A stretch of 64,000 bases of DNA from Phoronis australis. Lineage: Eukaryota; Animalia; Phoronida. Below the pieces are notes generated by a model. The model worked only from the letters and a program-made list of their open reading frames with translations, made no database searches and was not told where the DNA came from. Where the stretch lies: positions 144,148-208,147 of the forward strand of contig NMRA01000682.1 in assembly GCA_002633005.1 (NCBI GenBank), given 5' to 3'. This document shows, piece by piece, positions 49,493 to 62,519 of the stretch (positions are counted from its first letter, which is position 1; every line of letters starts with the position of its first letter). The translations under genes were made by a program, and so were the position numbers.

Positions 49493-50260
49493 AGGAGAAT
49501 ATCACCCGATTTAATTTCTCTTGTTTACCATCTTAATCGGTCTATATCCACATCGCCTCTTATACGGTCGACCTCACCTTGTCGAGAGTTGTCGCGTTAA
49601 CCTGCGAGGAAAGTGAGAAGCGTTGCAGCAAGGGCAGTGGTTCGTCTGTAGAGCGAATGTCGCTATACTGCGGTTCATCCTTCCCGCTTGTCCGAACAAT
49701 GAAACTGCGAAGAAAGCTAGTACATTGTATATCGTTTTTCGACTTCCTCGAGAGCTTGAAATGCCTAGGAAGTGGCTCGCGGTAGTGAAAAATGAAAGGT
49801 ACGGTGTTAATTGCAAGTATGAGGCCGTGAAACATCTCCGTGTCTGTGGCTGGCATTTCGTCGACATTGATTTCTCTGACGAATTCCGGCTTCCCAAAGA
49901 ACTATCCATACGTTCCGTTGCCAGTGCTTGTTCACGTCACCTCTCCAGTAATTCTTGATCAGTATATTCCGGTTCGAACTGATAACCCGTGAAAGCTAAC
50001 GATCCCACCCGTGGAGTCTTCGTCGGATGAGCTCTTTTCTAAGTCGGGATTGGTGCCGGGTGAGTTGCCATGAAGACGTTTATTATTCTGCGTTCTGTTT
50101 CAAAATGAATTATTCTCATCCTAACCAATGCTTATATAAAACCGAACATAGTCTGTCTCCTTAGATAAAATTTTTAATGCCTTTGCAGTATTCGTGAGTG
50201 CAAATTTTAAGAAGCCTGCAATGAATAAACTTATGCGTTACCGGGTTTTGATGCCGGCAA
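49493..50260 (+). mobile_element. Kolobok-like THAP element, internally deleted, match ending at an N
   Basis: TTAA|AGGAGAATATCACCCG terminus homologous to the 37867 end. THAP ORF PACPN...FRLPRE...KWLAVVK...LRVCGWHFVDIDF joined to an opposite-strand GYQFEPEYT remnant. Confidence 0.75.
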
Positions 50261-51429
50261 NGACCACATTAAATTTAATATGTTTAATTTTTTCATTAAT
50301 GCAAGTTTAGGAATCAGGAAAGGCGTATGCTGAAGAAGTGGCTTCTGGTGAAGTTGGAGACTTGCCAATTGTTAGTAAAGGTTTGGTATGGGAAACTTCA
50401 AAACCAGAAAGAAGGTACCCTTCTGGACAACTAAGTGAGGGGGATACAGAGAGGCCGAAAAGTCTACTCCCCGAAGATGTGACAACGAGAACTTGAAACT
50501 TGAGGAACGAGTCGGGGAAAAATATTTGCCAAAGATTACTGGCTAAAACCACAACAGGTCCAAAGTAATTTGGCCATTCTCACCAAATGTGGGAAAGTGT
50601 AACAATTGGATGTAGGAGACACGACAGAGGAAGTTGAGTATATAATAGAAAGAAACAGTCTGCGCTTTAATATCGCCAAGGAAGTAGCATTGTAAAAATT
50701 CAAAAAGAGGAAACAGTACAGTGGTTGGACCTGTAAATACTCTTGCTGATTCGCTAAATCCAGTGGTGACATTATTATGTCAGCACAGCTTGGTGGGGAA
50801 GTTGACTTGATTGATTTAAATATATGTGAAGAAATACCCATATGGAAATTACTAGGCATCACAATTACCCGGTATAAATCAAAACAACCAACATTTCTCG
50901 AGTTCATGTCTAACCCTGTTCACTGGGGAGGATATAATAGACTTTTTCTAGGTGTACTACGGTCCTACATGTAGGTGGTAAGTAATAAAACATTTAAAAC
51001 ATTCATGAGGAACAAACTCATTGCAGAATATCAAAAAACATTAAAGACAATCTGATTTTACACCTGTACATGTACGTCCTGAAAAAACGATCTCAGATAT
51101 TTGAAAGTTCTCATTTTAGTACATTTGTGGTGCCAAAGTGTATAACTAATCAACTGGCTGACATTTTTTTTATTTATGCAATGAAAACTAACATGTTTTG
51201 TCAACATCTTGGTCAAGTTTCATTGTCATACCAGTGGGGGGGGAGATTTGGTATAGCATTGTATTAAACATAATCTCAAATTGCCATAACGGGGGTATTG
51301 TAGTAAAACTACTAAATGAGGGCGGTAAATCGGTATGGTTTGTCAAACATCTATGTAGCAGTCCACTGGCATCACTAAACAATGCCATGTGAATAATAGT
51401 TCAATAGCTTTCACTCAAGGAAAAATGTA

Positions 51430-51676
51430 AACAGTTAAATTTGGACAATTTTTACAACGTGAAAACGTGGCTGCGAAGCAGTAAAGGTACGTGTCGGACT
51501 CCATAACTTTGGTATAACGTAACATTTTGGGGAAGTGTTTGACCTCTATTTATAGACACCATAGGACTACCTATGTGTCGAATTTGGTGAAAATCGGCTG
51601 ACCCCCACCTTGCAGCTGGATGGGTGGTGCTCTCGTGGACTAGGTACTTTTAAGTACTAGTCCACGAGAGCACCAG
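51430..51676. mobile_element. back-to-back termini of the TTAA-GTACTAGTCCACGAG element family
   Basis: ...ggtgctctcgtggactaggtacttTTAAgtactagtccacgagagcacc...; the left part matches 22018-22222 in reverse. Confidence 0.65.
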
Positions 51677-52479
51677 TCCGTTTCACAATCAAATAAACAA
51701 ACAATACAAACTGAATTAGGGCACACACGATACTTGTCATGATCCCTCTCCCGACATACTCTGGTAAAGTTTCAACCAAAGTTCAGTAATATTTCGTGAT
51801 TCCGTGATATGTCTAAGGTGCATAAAATTTATGGAATCTCTGCATTTGCCAAGTACCAATCGAGTCGCAAACTATTGGGCATTCTACTAGCAAACTGAGC
51901 GTTGTTTTCGATAGCATACTCTTCCTATATAATGCGCTTGCTTTGACCTTTATACACGTATATTCCCATTTGTCGTTCCTTCTCAATCCTTAACAGATGG
52001 TTTGAACTATGACTACCTTACTTCTAAATAGATAAAATTTGAGTCTAATACTCCAATAAAATCGATTCGTGAATTGCTGTGACGAGCATCTCTGTGACTA
52101 GGTGTCTTAAAACGGTAGACACAGACTAACATTTCTGTGGGCCAGCTGTCTATCGTCAATTTCACCACAACACTGTTCAGGAATCATTTACCACTTCTTG
52201 GCTTTTCGAAATTTGTAGCCAAAGTTGTCAGCAAAAGCACGGTTTTCATCTTTATTACTTTCTGAAATCTCATATCGAAGTTTGCAAAACATTGTATATG
52301 ATGCAATAGGCCTCTGTTCATCTTCAGTAACATATTTTAACTGGCATTTAATTTCCTTGTGCAGTCTTTAGAGCGTGGAGCACGCTGCAGTATCCTTTTA
52401 ATGAGTTTTTCGCGACAGACGACTTACACTATCTCGATGTCTCGAGTAGGAAAACCTTTATGAAACTAAAGAGGTCGAG

Positions 52480-52633
52480 CAGGCAGGAGCGGTTTACTTG
52501 ATGCATTCAACCATGCCCCCCCTAAAACTCATCCAGTTTCCATTATCAGATGGGGTGCGAATGTCTGATTGGGCAAAGTCCTGGCTAATGCTCTGCTATG
52601 CCCCCCTAACTCAAAATCCTAGATCTGCCCCTG
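52480..52633 (+). mobile_element. GC-rich MITE copy, possibly hAT-type
   Basis: cctggctaatgctctgc...aactcaaaatcctagatctgcccctg. Confidence 0.6.
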
Positions 52634-53264
52634 GATACAATGAGACTTAGATGAAGACAAATGATCCGACAGGCGGTCGCAATTTTCAGCAGTACTGCAT
52701 GCATACATGTACATGTATATGTGTGTGTGTCCCTGGTCGAGTACAGAGAGCACTTCATAAGTGAAATGATTATTGGTCTTGAGATGTTACCGTGTTACAA
52801 TTTTCCAACTTGAAATATTATGAAATCAGAATATTTCATGGTTTTTTTTGAGTCTACGCACACTGATTGATCAGCAATCGAACCAGAATCGAACGAAAGT
52901 CAAAGCAGTGTGGCCATGCTCTTTCTGTCAGTCAGGGTTATTACCACTGAGTGATCCTCTTGAACCGTTTTCTTTTATCTTGACAAACCATCCTTACTCA
53001 CACGACAAAATGATATCTTCATATCCCAAAATACTGTATCAGTTGACCACACCTGTCTATTTGTGCTGATTTGTCGTATACGACAGTCACATTCGACTAT
53101 CGTGCACAACAAATGTTGTAGCGTTCGTAGACTGTAGTCCAGTCCTGGCTGATGGATTTTCGTCAGTTATGGGCAAGTGATGGGTCAAATAACACAGAAA
53201 TGTATGTTTTGTAAAAGAAATAGCATTCTAAATGTCATTTTTCAAAAGAAATCTAATTACTAAC

Positions 53265-53428
53265 GTTGCAGTAGCGTTTCTGGTCAAGTTTCTACTCAGA
53301 ATCGGTTCTCCTTTCGCATCATAAGAACATGTGTAGGTGTGCTTGGTGTCGAGAGGGCCACTGTTTGTACCATCAGATAAGACGGTAGCATAAATTGTGA
53401 TTTCCACATCGCCAGCTCCAGTTGGTTT
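53265..53428 (-). CDS. ZP-domain protein exon (second half of ZP-N and linker)
   Basis: Acceptor atttttag, donor gttagt; 164 nt, phase 0 to 2, fitting both neighbours. Encodes KPTGAGDVEITIYATVLSDGTNSGPLDTKHTYTCSYDAKGEPILSRNLTRNATA(T), with ZP-N Cys4 in a C-x-Y motif. Confidence 0.85.
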
Positions 53429-55015
53429 CTAAAAATATAATGTGATGCTTTTACGTTACATGAGCCATTTCTATTTGATATCACGACTGCTGCGCGATAT
53501 GACTATCTTTTGCCGGGAAACTCGTGGAATTGGCGGTTGTTCGACTACAGCGACTGACTAGGGATGTTCATTCAACAAAAGTTCCTGAGATTAAGACTTC
53601 CACGACAATGAAGTATAAATGTCTATGTTAATGGCAGGGAACAGGTCAGTCGTAACACTGTAACAAACTATTGTGGGCCCCTACATTTATTTGGTTACCA
53701 TTTTATTACATTGCTAACATAAAAGAAACCAACTTAGCTCGGCAACGCTTCAACGTTGTGTACTTTAAAAATCCAGAAACTTCCCTTTTGAGAAGGCATG
53801 GTACCGAAGCTCAGCATTCAAGGGAAAATAATTGGGGAAGACGGCTATGTTCACTGAGACAAGCGAGGCAGCAGCCTGGCAATGCAATCAAAAAAGCTTT
53901 TTCGTGAGGTCAAGTCATAAGATTAAACAGTAAATTTCATTACGATTTTTTGAGACGCGTTATTACAGTTATGCAAAGAGAGTTTGCCAAAAGCTGTTTT
54001 ACGACTACGAGCTAGATATTCGCACTTTCGGTTATAAAATACTTAAAACATATCGGACATGTCTATGACCAGGTATCTCATGTCCTCCCTAAACACTCAA
54101 GCTCAAGCTCTCGAAAAAAACCTCGTGCCAACTAGCTAACGTAAGTTGAAGTTGGCGGTCTAGGTCTCAGTGTCAATGGTGAAAGGTTATGATTTTTTCC
54201 TAATGTTATTTCTTCTACAGTTTCAAAGCTTTGATCTTAAAATTTATTGTACATGTTTAAGAACATACAGTGTGTCAATTACACGTGCAACCTTTCTCAG
54301 ACATCTGCCACGTAGGAGTTTTTCGAGAAAATCGGCGCAAAAGCATAGAACACAACAGCACCAGATGACGTCAGATAGCGGAACAGACGCACTTCTATAT
54401 GTACATGTATCCAACGATAAACATTACAGTACAACCATGTAAATTGCAATAACCTTATATACATGTACCAGGTTTTACGGTCACGTCCGTCATTTGCAAA
54501 TTCTGTTGCTTGTTTAGATCTGTTTAATCCAGTTTCCTTGTTTCTTAAATTTCTTTAAATATGAAATTCGCATTTAAAAATTTGCAGACGGTCTGGTACA
54601 CAGTGGTCCAGACGCGAGGAGCCCGTCCGGGTGGGCCCATTGTCCTGATAACCCGGACTGACTCTTGATATGCTTTAACAATATATAACGGCTAGAGACC
54701 TGACTCCAAAGTGTAGCAGTGTTTACCAGTGGGACTCATCCCAACAACGTGTATATGCACTTGACGTTACTATATTCTGGAGAAACCGAACCAATATTAG
54801 TAAAACTGTCAGCCAATAATCAAAAACGAAGAGAAACCGAATAGCTCAGAAGTATTTTTGCACCATAAAGGAAACTGGGGTACTGACTGGGGTTGTAATC
54901 TTGATTACAGGAACTGCGGAAAATCTTTTGAGAACAGCAATGTAAGTAGACTAATTCACATGTACATGTATAACAATACTGCAGTTTATAAACGGAATGA
55001 TACGGCTATACTCAC

Positions 55016-55182
55016 AGCCAATCCGCACTTGGCATACAAAAAAGTCAATCTACCCTCGCCGTTACTGATGGGTGCCTTGCAATTATTATCTGTGGCTTTT
55101 CCTTTCACATACATTAGGGTTTTTGTAGTGTCGGCCCCTCCTATGATTAGCGTCGAACCATCCTTTTCACATTTGTATGATC
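55016..55182 (-). CDS. ZP-domain membrane protein, first identified coding exon (first half of ZP-N)
   Basis: Acceptor tttacag, donor gtgagt; 167 nt, phase 1 to 0. Encodes (G)SYKCEKDGSTLIIGGADTTKTLMYVKGKATDNNCKAPISNGEGRLTFLYAKCGLA, with ZP-N Cys1-3 spacing and the typical YVKG...C...F.Y..CG pattern. Confidence 0.85.
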
Positions 55183-55338
55183 CTGTAAACGAAACGTGTA
55201 TGGTGTAGTAATGAGTCAAGTATTTTTAACTCAAAATCAAGTACAACATGATAAAGTTTTGAACATTATATTCGTGTAAATTGGGCCAATTCCCTTTGTA
55301 AACGATAAATACGTGTAATACTCGTCAACATAGGCGTG

Positions 55339-58300
55339 TTATTACTCTGCGCGTGCAAGCACAGAGTTTTACTGTTCTAAGAATTTTATCTTTTTATTAC
55401 TCAGCGCGTTCAAGCGCAGAGTTCTGCTGTGCTACGTATGTTATCTTTTTATTCTTATTACTCTGCGCGCGTAAGCGCAGAGTACTGTTGTTCCTGGGTT
55501 TTCTTCAATTTTATTCTTATTCTTATTCGTATTCTTATTACTCTGCGCGTGTAAGCGCAGAGTGCTGTTGTTCCTGGGTTATCTTCAATTTTGTTCTTAT
55601 TACTCTGCGCGTGTAAGCGCAAACTACTGTTGTTCCTGGGTTTTCTTCAATTTCATTCTTCCTATTCTTCTTATTCCTCTTATTCTTCTTATTCTTATTC
55701 TTGTTGCGACCAACTTTGAGGCTTAAGAACTCCAAATTGGGTGCAGGTACGGTCTTTAAATTCAGCATATGACTTTTGACAGTATATACATTTCGATTGG
55801 TTATATAATCATATTCCATATTGCACCGGAAGAGGACGTTTGGTGCAAAGGTCACATAATTTTCAGAATGTTACTCCTTCAGTTTTAAAGCTATCTTTTT
55901 TCAAATTCGGTGCACAGGTATAAGTAAACATGACAATTTAAAAAAATACTTTCCTAAGTAATCGGGTCACCCAATCAGGTGAAATAGGTCAAATGTCATT
56001 ATGTGCAAACTAAAATTTTGAGCTAGACTCTTCAAATTGACAGGTCTGATTGCCACAGGTAAATCAAATCGGAATCCAATGTTTCAGGTCATTTAGTGCA
56101 AACTTGAGTCATTAGGTGCATTTTTCTTCTGGAAATTTGACCTTTTCAATCAGCAAGTTTTCTGATGTGTCAACCGTTAGACAACAGTGATTCTCAGCAT
56201 GAAACACATTTTCCATGGACTTTGCAATAATTCTCCTAAAGATACTTAAAATGAACCGGATAAGGTCAATTAGTGCATAGGTCATGTAACTTTTAAAATG
56301 TTATATATCTTACGTTTTTCAAGGAATTCTGTTCAATTTCAGCACACTGGTGTAAGTCAACATGTCAGTAGAATACCCTACTTTACTTTGCAATAGGCCT
56401 AATTAATCAGAAAAAAGAGGTCAAAGAACATTGAGTGCAAACTAAATTTTTGAGCTAGAGACTTCCGAATTAAGTACCTGTTTACTTAGTGCAATCGAGT
56501 CTGAATTCTAAATTTTCAGGTCATTTGGTGCACCCATGGGGTCATTAGGTGCATTTTTCTTCTGAAAGTTTGACCAGTTTATTCATCTTGTATTCTGAAG
56601 TGCTTAAAGTAAAACATCTGTGATTCTTAGCATTAACCACACTTTTAATCAAGTTAACAATTACTCCCTCATCGGGGCTCATAATGCACCGGAAGAGGTC
56701 AATTAGTGGAAAGGTCATCAAAAAATTAATATGTAGGTTCTCCTACAATTTTAAAGAATTCCTTTTCATATTGGTAAACAAGTTGCTGTCAGTAACTTCC
56801 CGTAATAATTCCAGTAATACGCACGAGCAGAGTCCGTTATTGTCACGGGGTGACAATAATCTTTCTAGTTCTTCTTATTCTTTATCCGACCAACTTTGAG
56901 GCTTAATAACCCCAAATTGGGTGCAGGTACGGTCTTTAAATTCAGCATATTACTTTTGACAGTATATAAATTGTGATTGGTTATATAATCATATTCCATA
57001 TTGCACCGGAAGAGGTCGTTTGGTGCAAACGTCATATAATTTTCAAAATGCTACTTCTCCTTCAAAGCTATCTTTTTTAAATTCGGTGCACAGGTATAAG
57101 TCAACATGACAATTAATAAAATAGTTTTTAAAGTAATCGGGTCATCCAATCAGGTGTAATAGGCCAAAGGTCATAAGGTGCAAACCAAAATTTTGAGCTA
57201 GACACTTCAAATTGACAGGTCTGATTGCCACAGGTAAATCAAATCGGAATCCAAAGTTTCAGGTCATTTAGTGCAAACATGGGGTCATTAGGTGCATTTT
57301 TCTTTTGAAAATTTGACCTTTTCAATCAGCAAGTATTCTGATGTGTCAACCGTTAGACAACTGTGATTTTCAGCATTAAACACATTTCCCATGGGCTTTT
57401 CAATAATTCTCCAAAAGATGCTTAAAATGCACCGGAGAAGGTCAATTAGTGCAAAGGTCATGTAACGGTCAAAATGTTATATGTCTTACGTTTTTCAAGG
57501 AATTCTTTTCAATTTCAGCACACTGGTGTAAGTCAACATGCCAATTGAATAGCCTATTTTACTTTGCAATAGGCCCAACCAATCAGAAAAAAATAGGTCA
57601 AAGGTCATTGAGTGCAAACTAAAACTTTGAGCTAGAGACTTCAGAATTACATATCTGTTTACTAAGTGCAATTGACTTTGAATTCTAAATTTTCAGGTTA
57701 TTTGGTGCACCCATGGGGTCATAAGGTGCGTTTTTTCTGAAAGTTTGACCAATTAATTTATCTTGTATTACTAAGTGCTTAAAGTAAAACATCTGTGATT
57801 TTTAGCATTAACCACAGTTTTAATCGAGTTAACAATTACTCCCTCATCGGGGCTCATAATGCACCGGAAGAGGTCAATTAGTGGAAAGGTCATCAAAAAA
57901 TTAATATGTAATTGATTCTACAATTTTAAAGAATTCCTTTTCATATTGGTAAGCGGGTTGCGGTCAGTAATTTCCCATAATAATTCCAGTAATACGCACG
58001 CACAGAGTCCGTTGTTGTCACGGCGTGACAATATTATTTCTAGTTCTTATTCTTATTCTTCGTTCCTTTTCATATTGTTATTACTCCTAAATTCATTCAT
58101 TTAGAGCAATACTATTCACTGTGGTTGATACGATAGTCAAGGGATTTATATTGATTATATTTTTGACCCAAACTGCACTAGGATGACCTGAAACGGGTCA
58201 AGGAGTGCATTTTGTCAAAATGCTTCTTCTTCTACAGAGTTTTAGATAGACTCTTTGAATTTTGTTAACAAGTAGGCACTAGAGATCTGCATCCGAAATT

Positions 58301-61199
58301 TACTTAGATTTCCAATCGGATCAACGGAACCCAGTTTCCGGGTTGAAGGTCATTAAGTGCAAAAGTGATTTTTGAGCTAGATCTTTCATAATCACCCATA
58401 TGACCAACCTTCATAAAGGACGTTCAGGCACAAACATTGGGGTCACTAAGTGCAACTTTGGGGTTATTAAGTGCAGTTTTCTGTTAAATTTAAGACTTTT
58501 TCAATAAGCTTGAACTTAAATGATGCAGTAGGGAGAGCGTTCATATTCATGGTGGTTCAACCAACTGCCGATCAAATTCTATTGATCACCTGGATTTGAC
58601 TCAAAAAGTACCGGAATGACCCGAAATGTGTAAAGGAGTGCATTCCGTCAAAGTGCTTCGTTTTCTAGGGTTTTTTAGAAAAACTCTTCCAATTTTGTTA
58701 ACAAGTTGGTAACAGATAAGTGCTTCCGAAATTTTATTTTATTTCCAGTCGGATCAAGGGAACCGAGTTTCCGGGTCAAAGGTCATTAAGTGCAAAAGTG
58801 ACTTTTGAGCTAGACCTTTAATAATCTTGCATATGGTTACAATTTATAAAGGAAGTTCAGTTACAAACTTTGGATTCACTAGGTGCAATTTTGGGGTCAT
58901 TAAGTGCAGGTTTCTGCTAAATTTAAGAATTTTCAATCAGCTTGTACTTAAATAATGCATTAGGGAGAACATTTATATTCATGGTGGTTCAACGAATTGC
59001 CGATCAAATTCTATTGATCACATGAATTTGACTCAAAATGCACCGGAACGACCCCCAAAAGGGTAAAGGAGTGCATTCCTGCGAATTGCTTCTCCTTCTA
59101 CAGGTTTTTAGATAGACTCTTCAAATTTTGATAGCAAGACGCACTAGAGATCTGCATTTCAAATTTATTTGGAATTCCAATCGGATCAAAGGAACCGAGC
59201 GTTCAAATTCATGGTTATTCAACCAATTGCCGATCAAATTCTATTGTTAATACGTGTATGACCCAAAATGCACTATAGGACCGCATGAGGGTCAACCAGT
59301 ACAATGCTCTGAATTGCTTCTCGTTCTGCGATGTTTGAGATTGCCTTTTAAATTTCGTGAACAGCTTGGTTCCATATAAGAGTACCCACAACTTACATGG
59401 AATTTCGATCTGATAAACTGAACTGAATTTTTGGGAGAAAGGTCAGTAAGTGCAAAAGAGATTTTTGAGCTACACCTTACATAATCATGTATATCATTTT
59501 TATTCGTAAAAGAAACCCATTCACAAATTTTAGGGTCATTAGGTGCAACTGTGGGTACATTAAGTGCAGTTTTCTCTTGATATTCTAACTTTTCACTCTT
59601 GCTCTTTCATACATGTACATGTAGTTACCAGGGACATCGCTCTCTTTCACACAAACGATGCAACTTCTATGCAATGTAATGCGCCTATACACCATTCTGC
59701 ATGTGCGTACACCACGCGCAGAGTTGTAGGTGCGCATACGCAATTGGGTTCTAGTTATTCTTCTGAGTCTTCCTTCCTCTCCAGATTATTATTACTCTTA
59801 CATCAATTCACTTACGACAATCATATTCACTGTGTTTAATACGACAATCATGGGATTTCTATTGATGATACAGTTTAGACCCAAAATGCATCAAAATGAC
59901 TCAAACCGTGTCAAGGAGTGCATTCTTTCAAAATGCTTCTTCCAGAGGCTTTTAGATAGACTCTTTGAATGTTGTTAAGCAGTAGGTACTAAGGAAGTGC
60001 ATCCAAAATTTACTTGGATTTCCAATCGGATAAAGGGAACTGAGTTTCGGGGTCAAAGGTCATTAAGTGCAAAAATGATTTTTGAGCTAGACTCTTCATA
60101 ATCATGCATATGATTACCATTCATAAGAGAAGTTCAGTCGCAAATTTTGGGGTCACTAGGTGCAACTTTGGGGTCATTAAGTGCAGTTTTATGTTAAAGT
60201 TATGATTTTTCAATCACCATGTACTTAATTCATGCGATAGGGAGAGCGTTAAAATTCATGGTGGTTCAACCAATCGCCGATCATATTTTACTGATCACAT
60301 GGATTTGACTCAAAATCCACCAGATTGACCCGATTTGGGTCAAGGATTGCATTCCGTCAAATTGCTTCTCCATCTATAGGTTTTATAGAGACTCTTCAAG
60401 TTCTGTTTACAAGTAGGCACTAGAGATCTGCATCCGAAATTTACTTGATATTCCAACAGGAAAAAGGGAACCGAGTTTCTGGGTCAAAGGTCATTAATTG
60501 CAAAAGTGAATTTTGAGCTAGACCTTCCATAATCATGCATATGACTACCACTCATAAAAGAAGTTCAGTCGCAAACTTGAGGGTCACTAGGTGCAAAATT
60601 GGAGATATTAAAAGCAATTTTCAGTTAAATTTAAGACATTTTCAATCAGCTAGTACTTAAATGATGCGTTAAGGAGAGCATTCATATTCATGGTGGTTCA
60701 ACCAATTGCCGATCAGCTTCTATTGGTCACATGATCTATGGCTCAAAATTCACTGGATTGCTTTGAAACGGTCAAGGAGTGCATTCTGTCAAATTGCTTC
60801 TACTTCGATGGGTTTTTTGTTACACTCTCACAATTTTGATAACAAGCAGGCACTAGAGAAGTGCATCCGAAATTTACGTGGCATTTAAATCGGATCAAGG
60901 GAACCGAGTTTCCGGGTCAAAGGTCATTAAGTGCAAAAGAGATTTTTAAGCTAGAGCCTACGTAATCGCCTATATACTTTTAATTGGTAAAGAAAATTCA
61001 GTCACAAACTTTGCGGTCATTAGATGCAGTTTTCCGTTGAATATTCTTACTCTTTATACTTGGTCTTTCATAGTTACAAAGGACATTTCTTTCAGATAAA
61101 GGATGCAACTTCTATGCATTACAATGCCCCTATACTTTACTATGCACATGCATACACCACGCACAGATTTGTAAGTGCGCATACGCAATTGTGTTCTAG
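55339..61199 (+). mobile_element. cluster of non-autonomous Helitron/Helentron-type (HINE/DINE-1-like) elements with internal tandem arrays
   Basis: 5' heads TTATTACTCTGCGCG..AAGCGCAGAG followed by (TTC/TTA) simple repeat. Four 3' ends, each with the inverted match CACGC.CAGAG, a hairpin (e.g. ttattgtcac-ggg-gtgacaataa) and CTAG|TT, at 56868, 58043, 59754 and 61199. Bodies are rich in ggtca...gtgca repeats. Confidence 0.8.
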
Positions 61200-62519
61200 T
61201 TTATTTTGTAATTACTCTCAGGCCCCACATTTAACTGTGTCAAAAATGTAGCTGACGCTTGTAGTAATGGAAATAAACTGACGCCATGGACGAGAAGCGA
61301 AGGACTTTGTTTCAAGAAAACTCACGGCAAGGTGAAAGGTACACTGACGTCAATTTCTCGATTTGACATATCACAAGCTCCCCCATCTGTGAAAAGTCAG
61401 ACATGCAAACAATATGTCAGAGGCAAATATATGTACCTGGTTGAATCAATGAGTGTTTTTGCACTAACCAAAAGCTCCTCGACAAAGACATTACCCGATG
61501 CTTTTCAACAGAGAATCGTATGTTCATGATGTGGGAATTTGTAAAGGCGACGATCAAAAAATAAGAGTTCGGGAATAAGTATCTGGGATCCAACGAAAAT
61601 GCGAAGAACCCCACCTTCACCTGACAAATGACTGATGCGATATGTTCATGCAAAGCTGGGTATGTACCATGAAGTGGAATTATCTGAACGATGTCATAGA
61701 TTTCAGGACCTTTGGAACAACATCAGAGAAGATTAATCTATATTCTTATTCTGTTGTCTGCTAAAGTCCGCCATATGAAAAGTACGTCACAACAGGAGGG
61801 AACTCCCCGAGTATTAAGTAGGTCGGGTCGATAGCACTGTTTACGCGTTTCTTCTCTTCGAACGAAATATTTTGATTACATAACCTCAGGTTCACAGCTC
61901 GAGTACACATTCATCTTGAGCTAGCCAACCGGCTAGCGCCGGTAGGTCTAGGGCTCTGCCTAAGTCAAATTAATGAATGGAATTGGCCGTAATTGCATCA
62001 TTAAGGCATTCAAGTTAGGTCTACCTTCTGATGAACTTGGCATTTTTGTAATTTCATTGCATGAAGGAAGCTTTCAGGTACTTTTAAACGTAAAGTGGTC
62101 ACTAAGCAGTGGTATGGTTACAAAAGATACCAATTCTGGTGTAGTGGTAAAAAAGCTATTTACAAAAATAACTCAAGTTCGTTTTTAAAGATTCATAAAT
62201 CTAAATATCGAGTTTTGAACAGATTCAAAATAGCTCTCTCTAACTCTACAGGCGAAGTGTATACAACAGGCTCTCATCAAGTAATTCAACTTGTTTAGTT
62301 TTTCGTGACATCAGCTCGAATAAGGCTTTGAGTTAAATAATCCAGTGCCCCTCTTTGTGCCAATCGAATCTCTCAATTCTGGAAAGAAGGTCAGTTGAAC
62401 GCCAGCTTACGGGTATGTGAATAACAAAAAATTCTGCTACGAAACACAACGATGTCGAAACAATTGAAAATTAATAAAAATGACAATGAAACAACAGTTC
62501 AATAAATAAAATAGGAGGT

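Noticed and set aside
61417-61653. candidate first exon of the ZP gene (phase-1 donor gtacat near 61436)
   Set aside because: Weak donor, and the peptide MSLSRSFWLVQKHSLIQP is not a convincing signal peptide.
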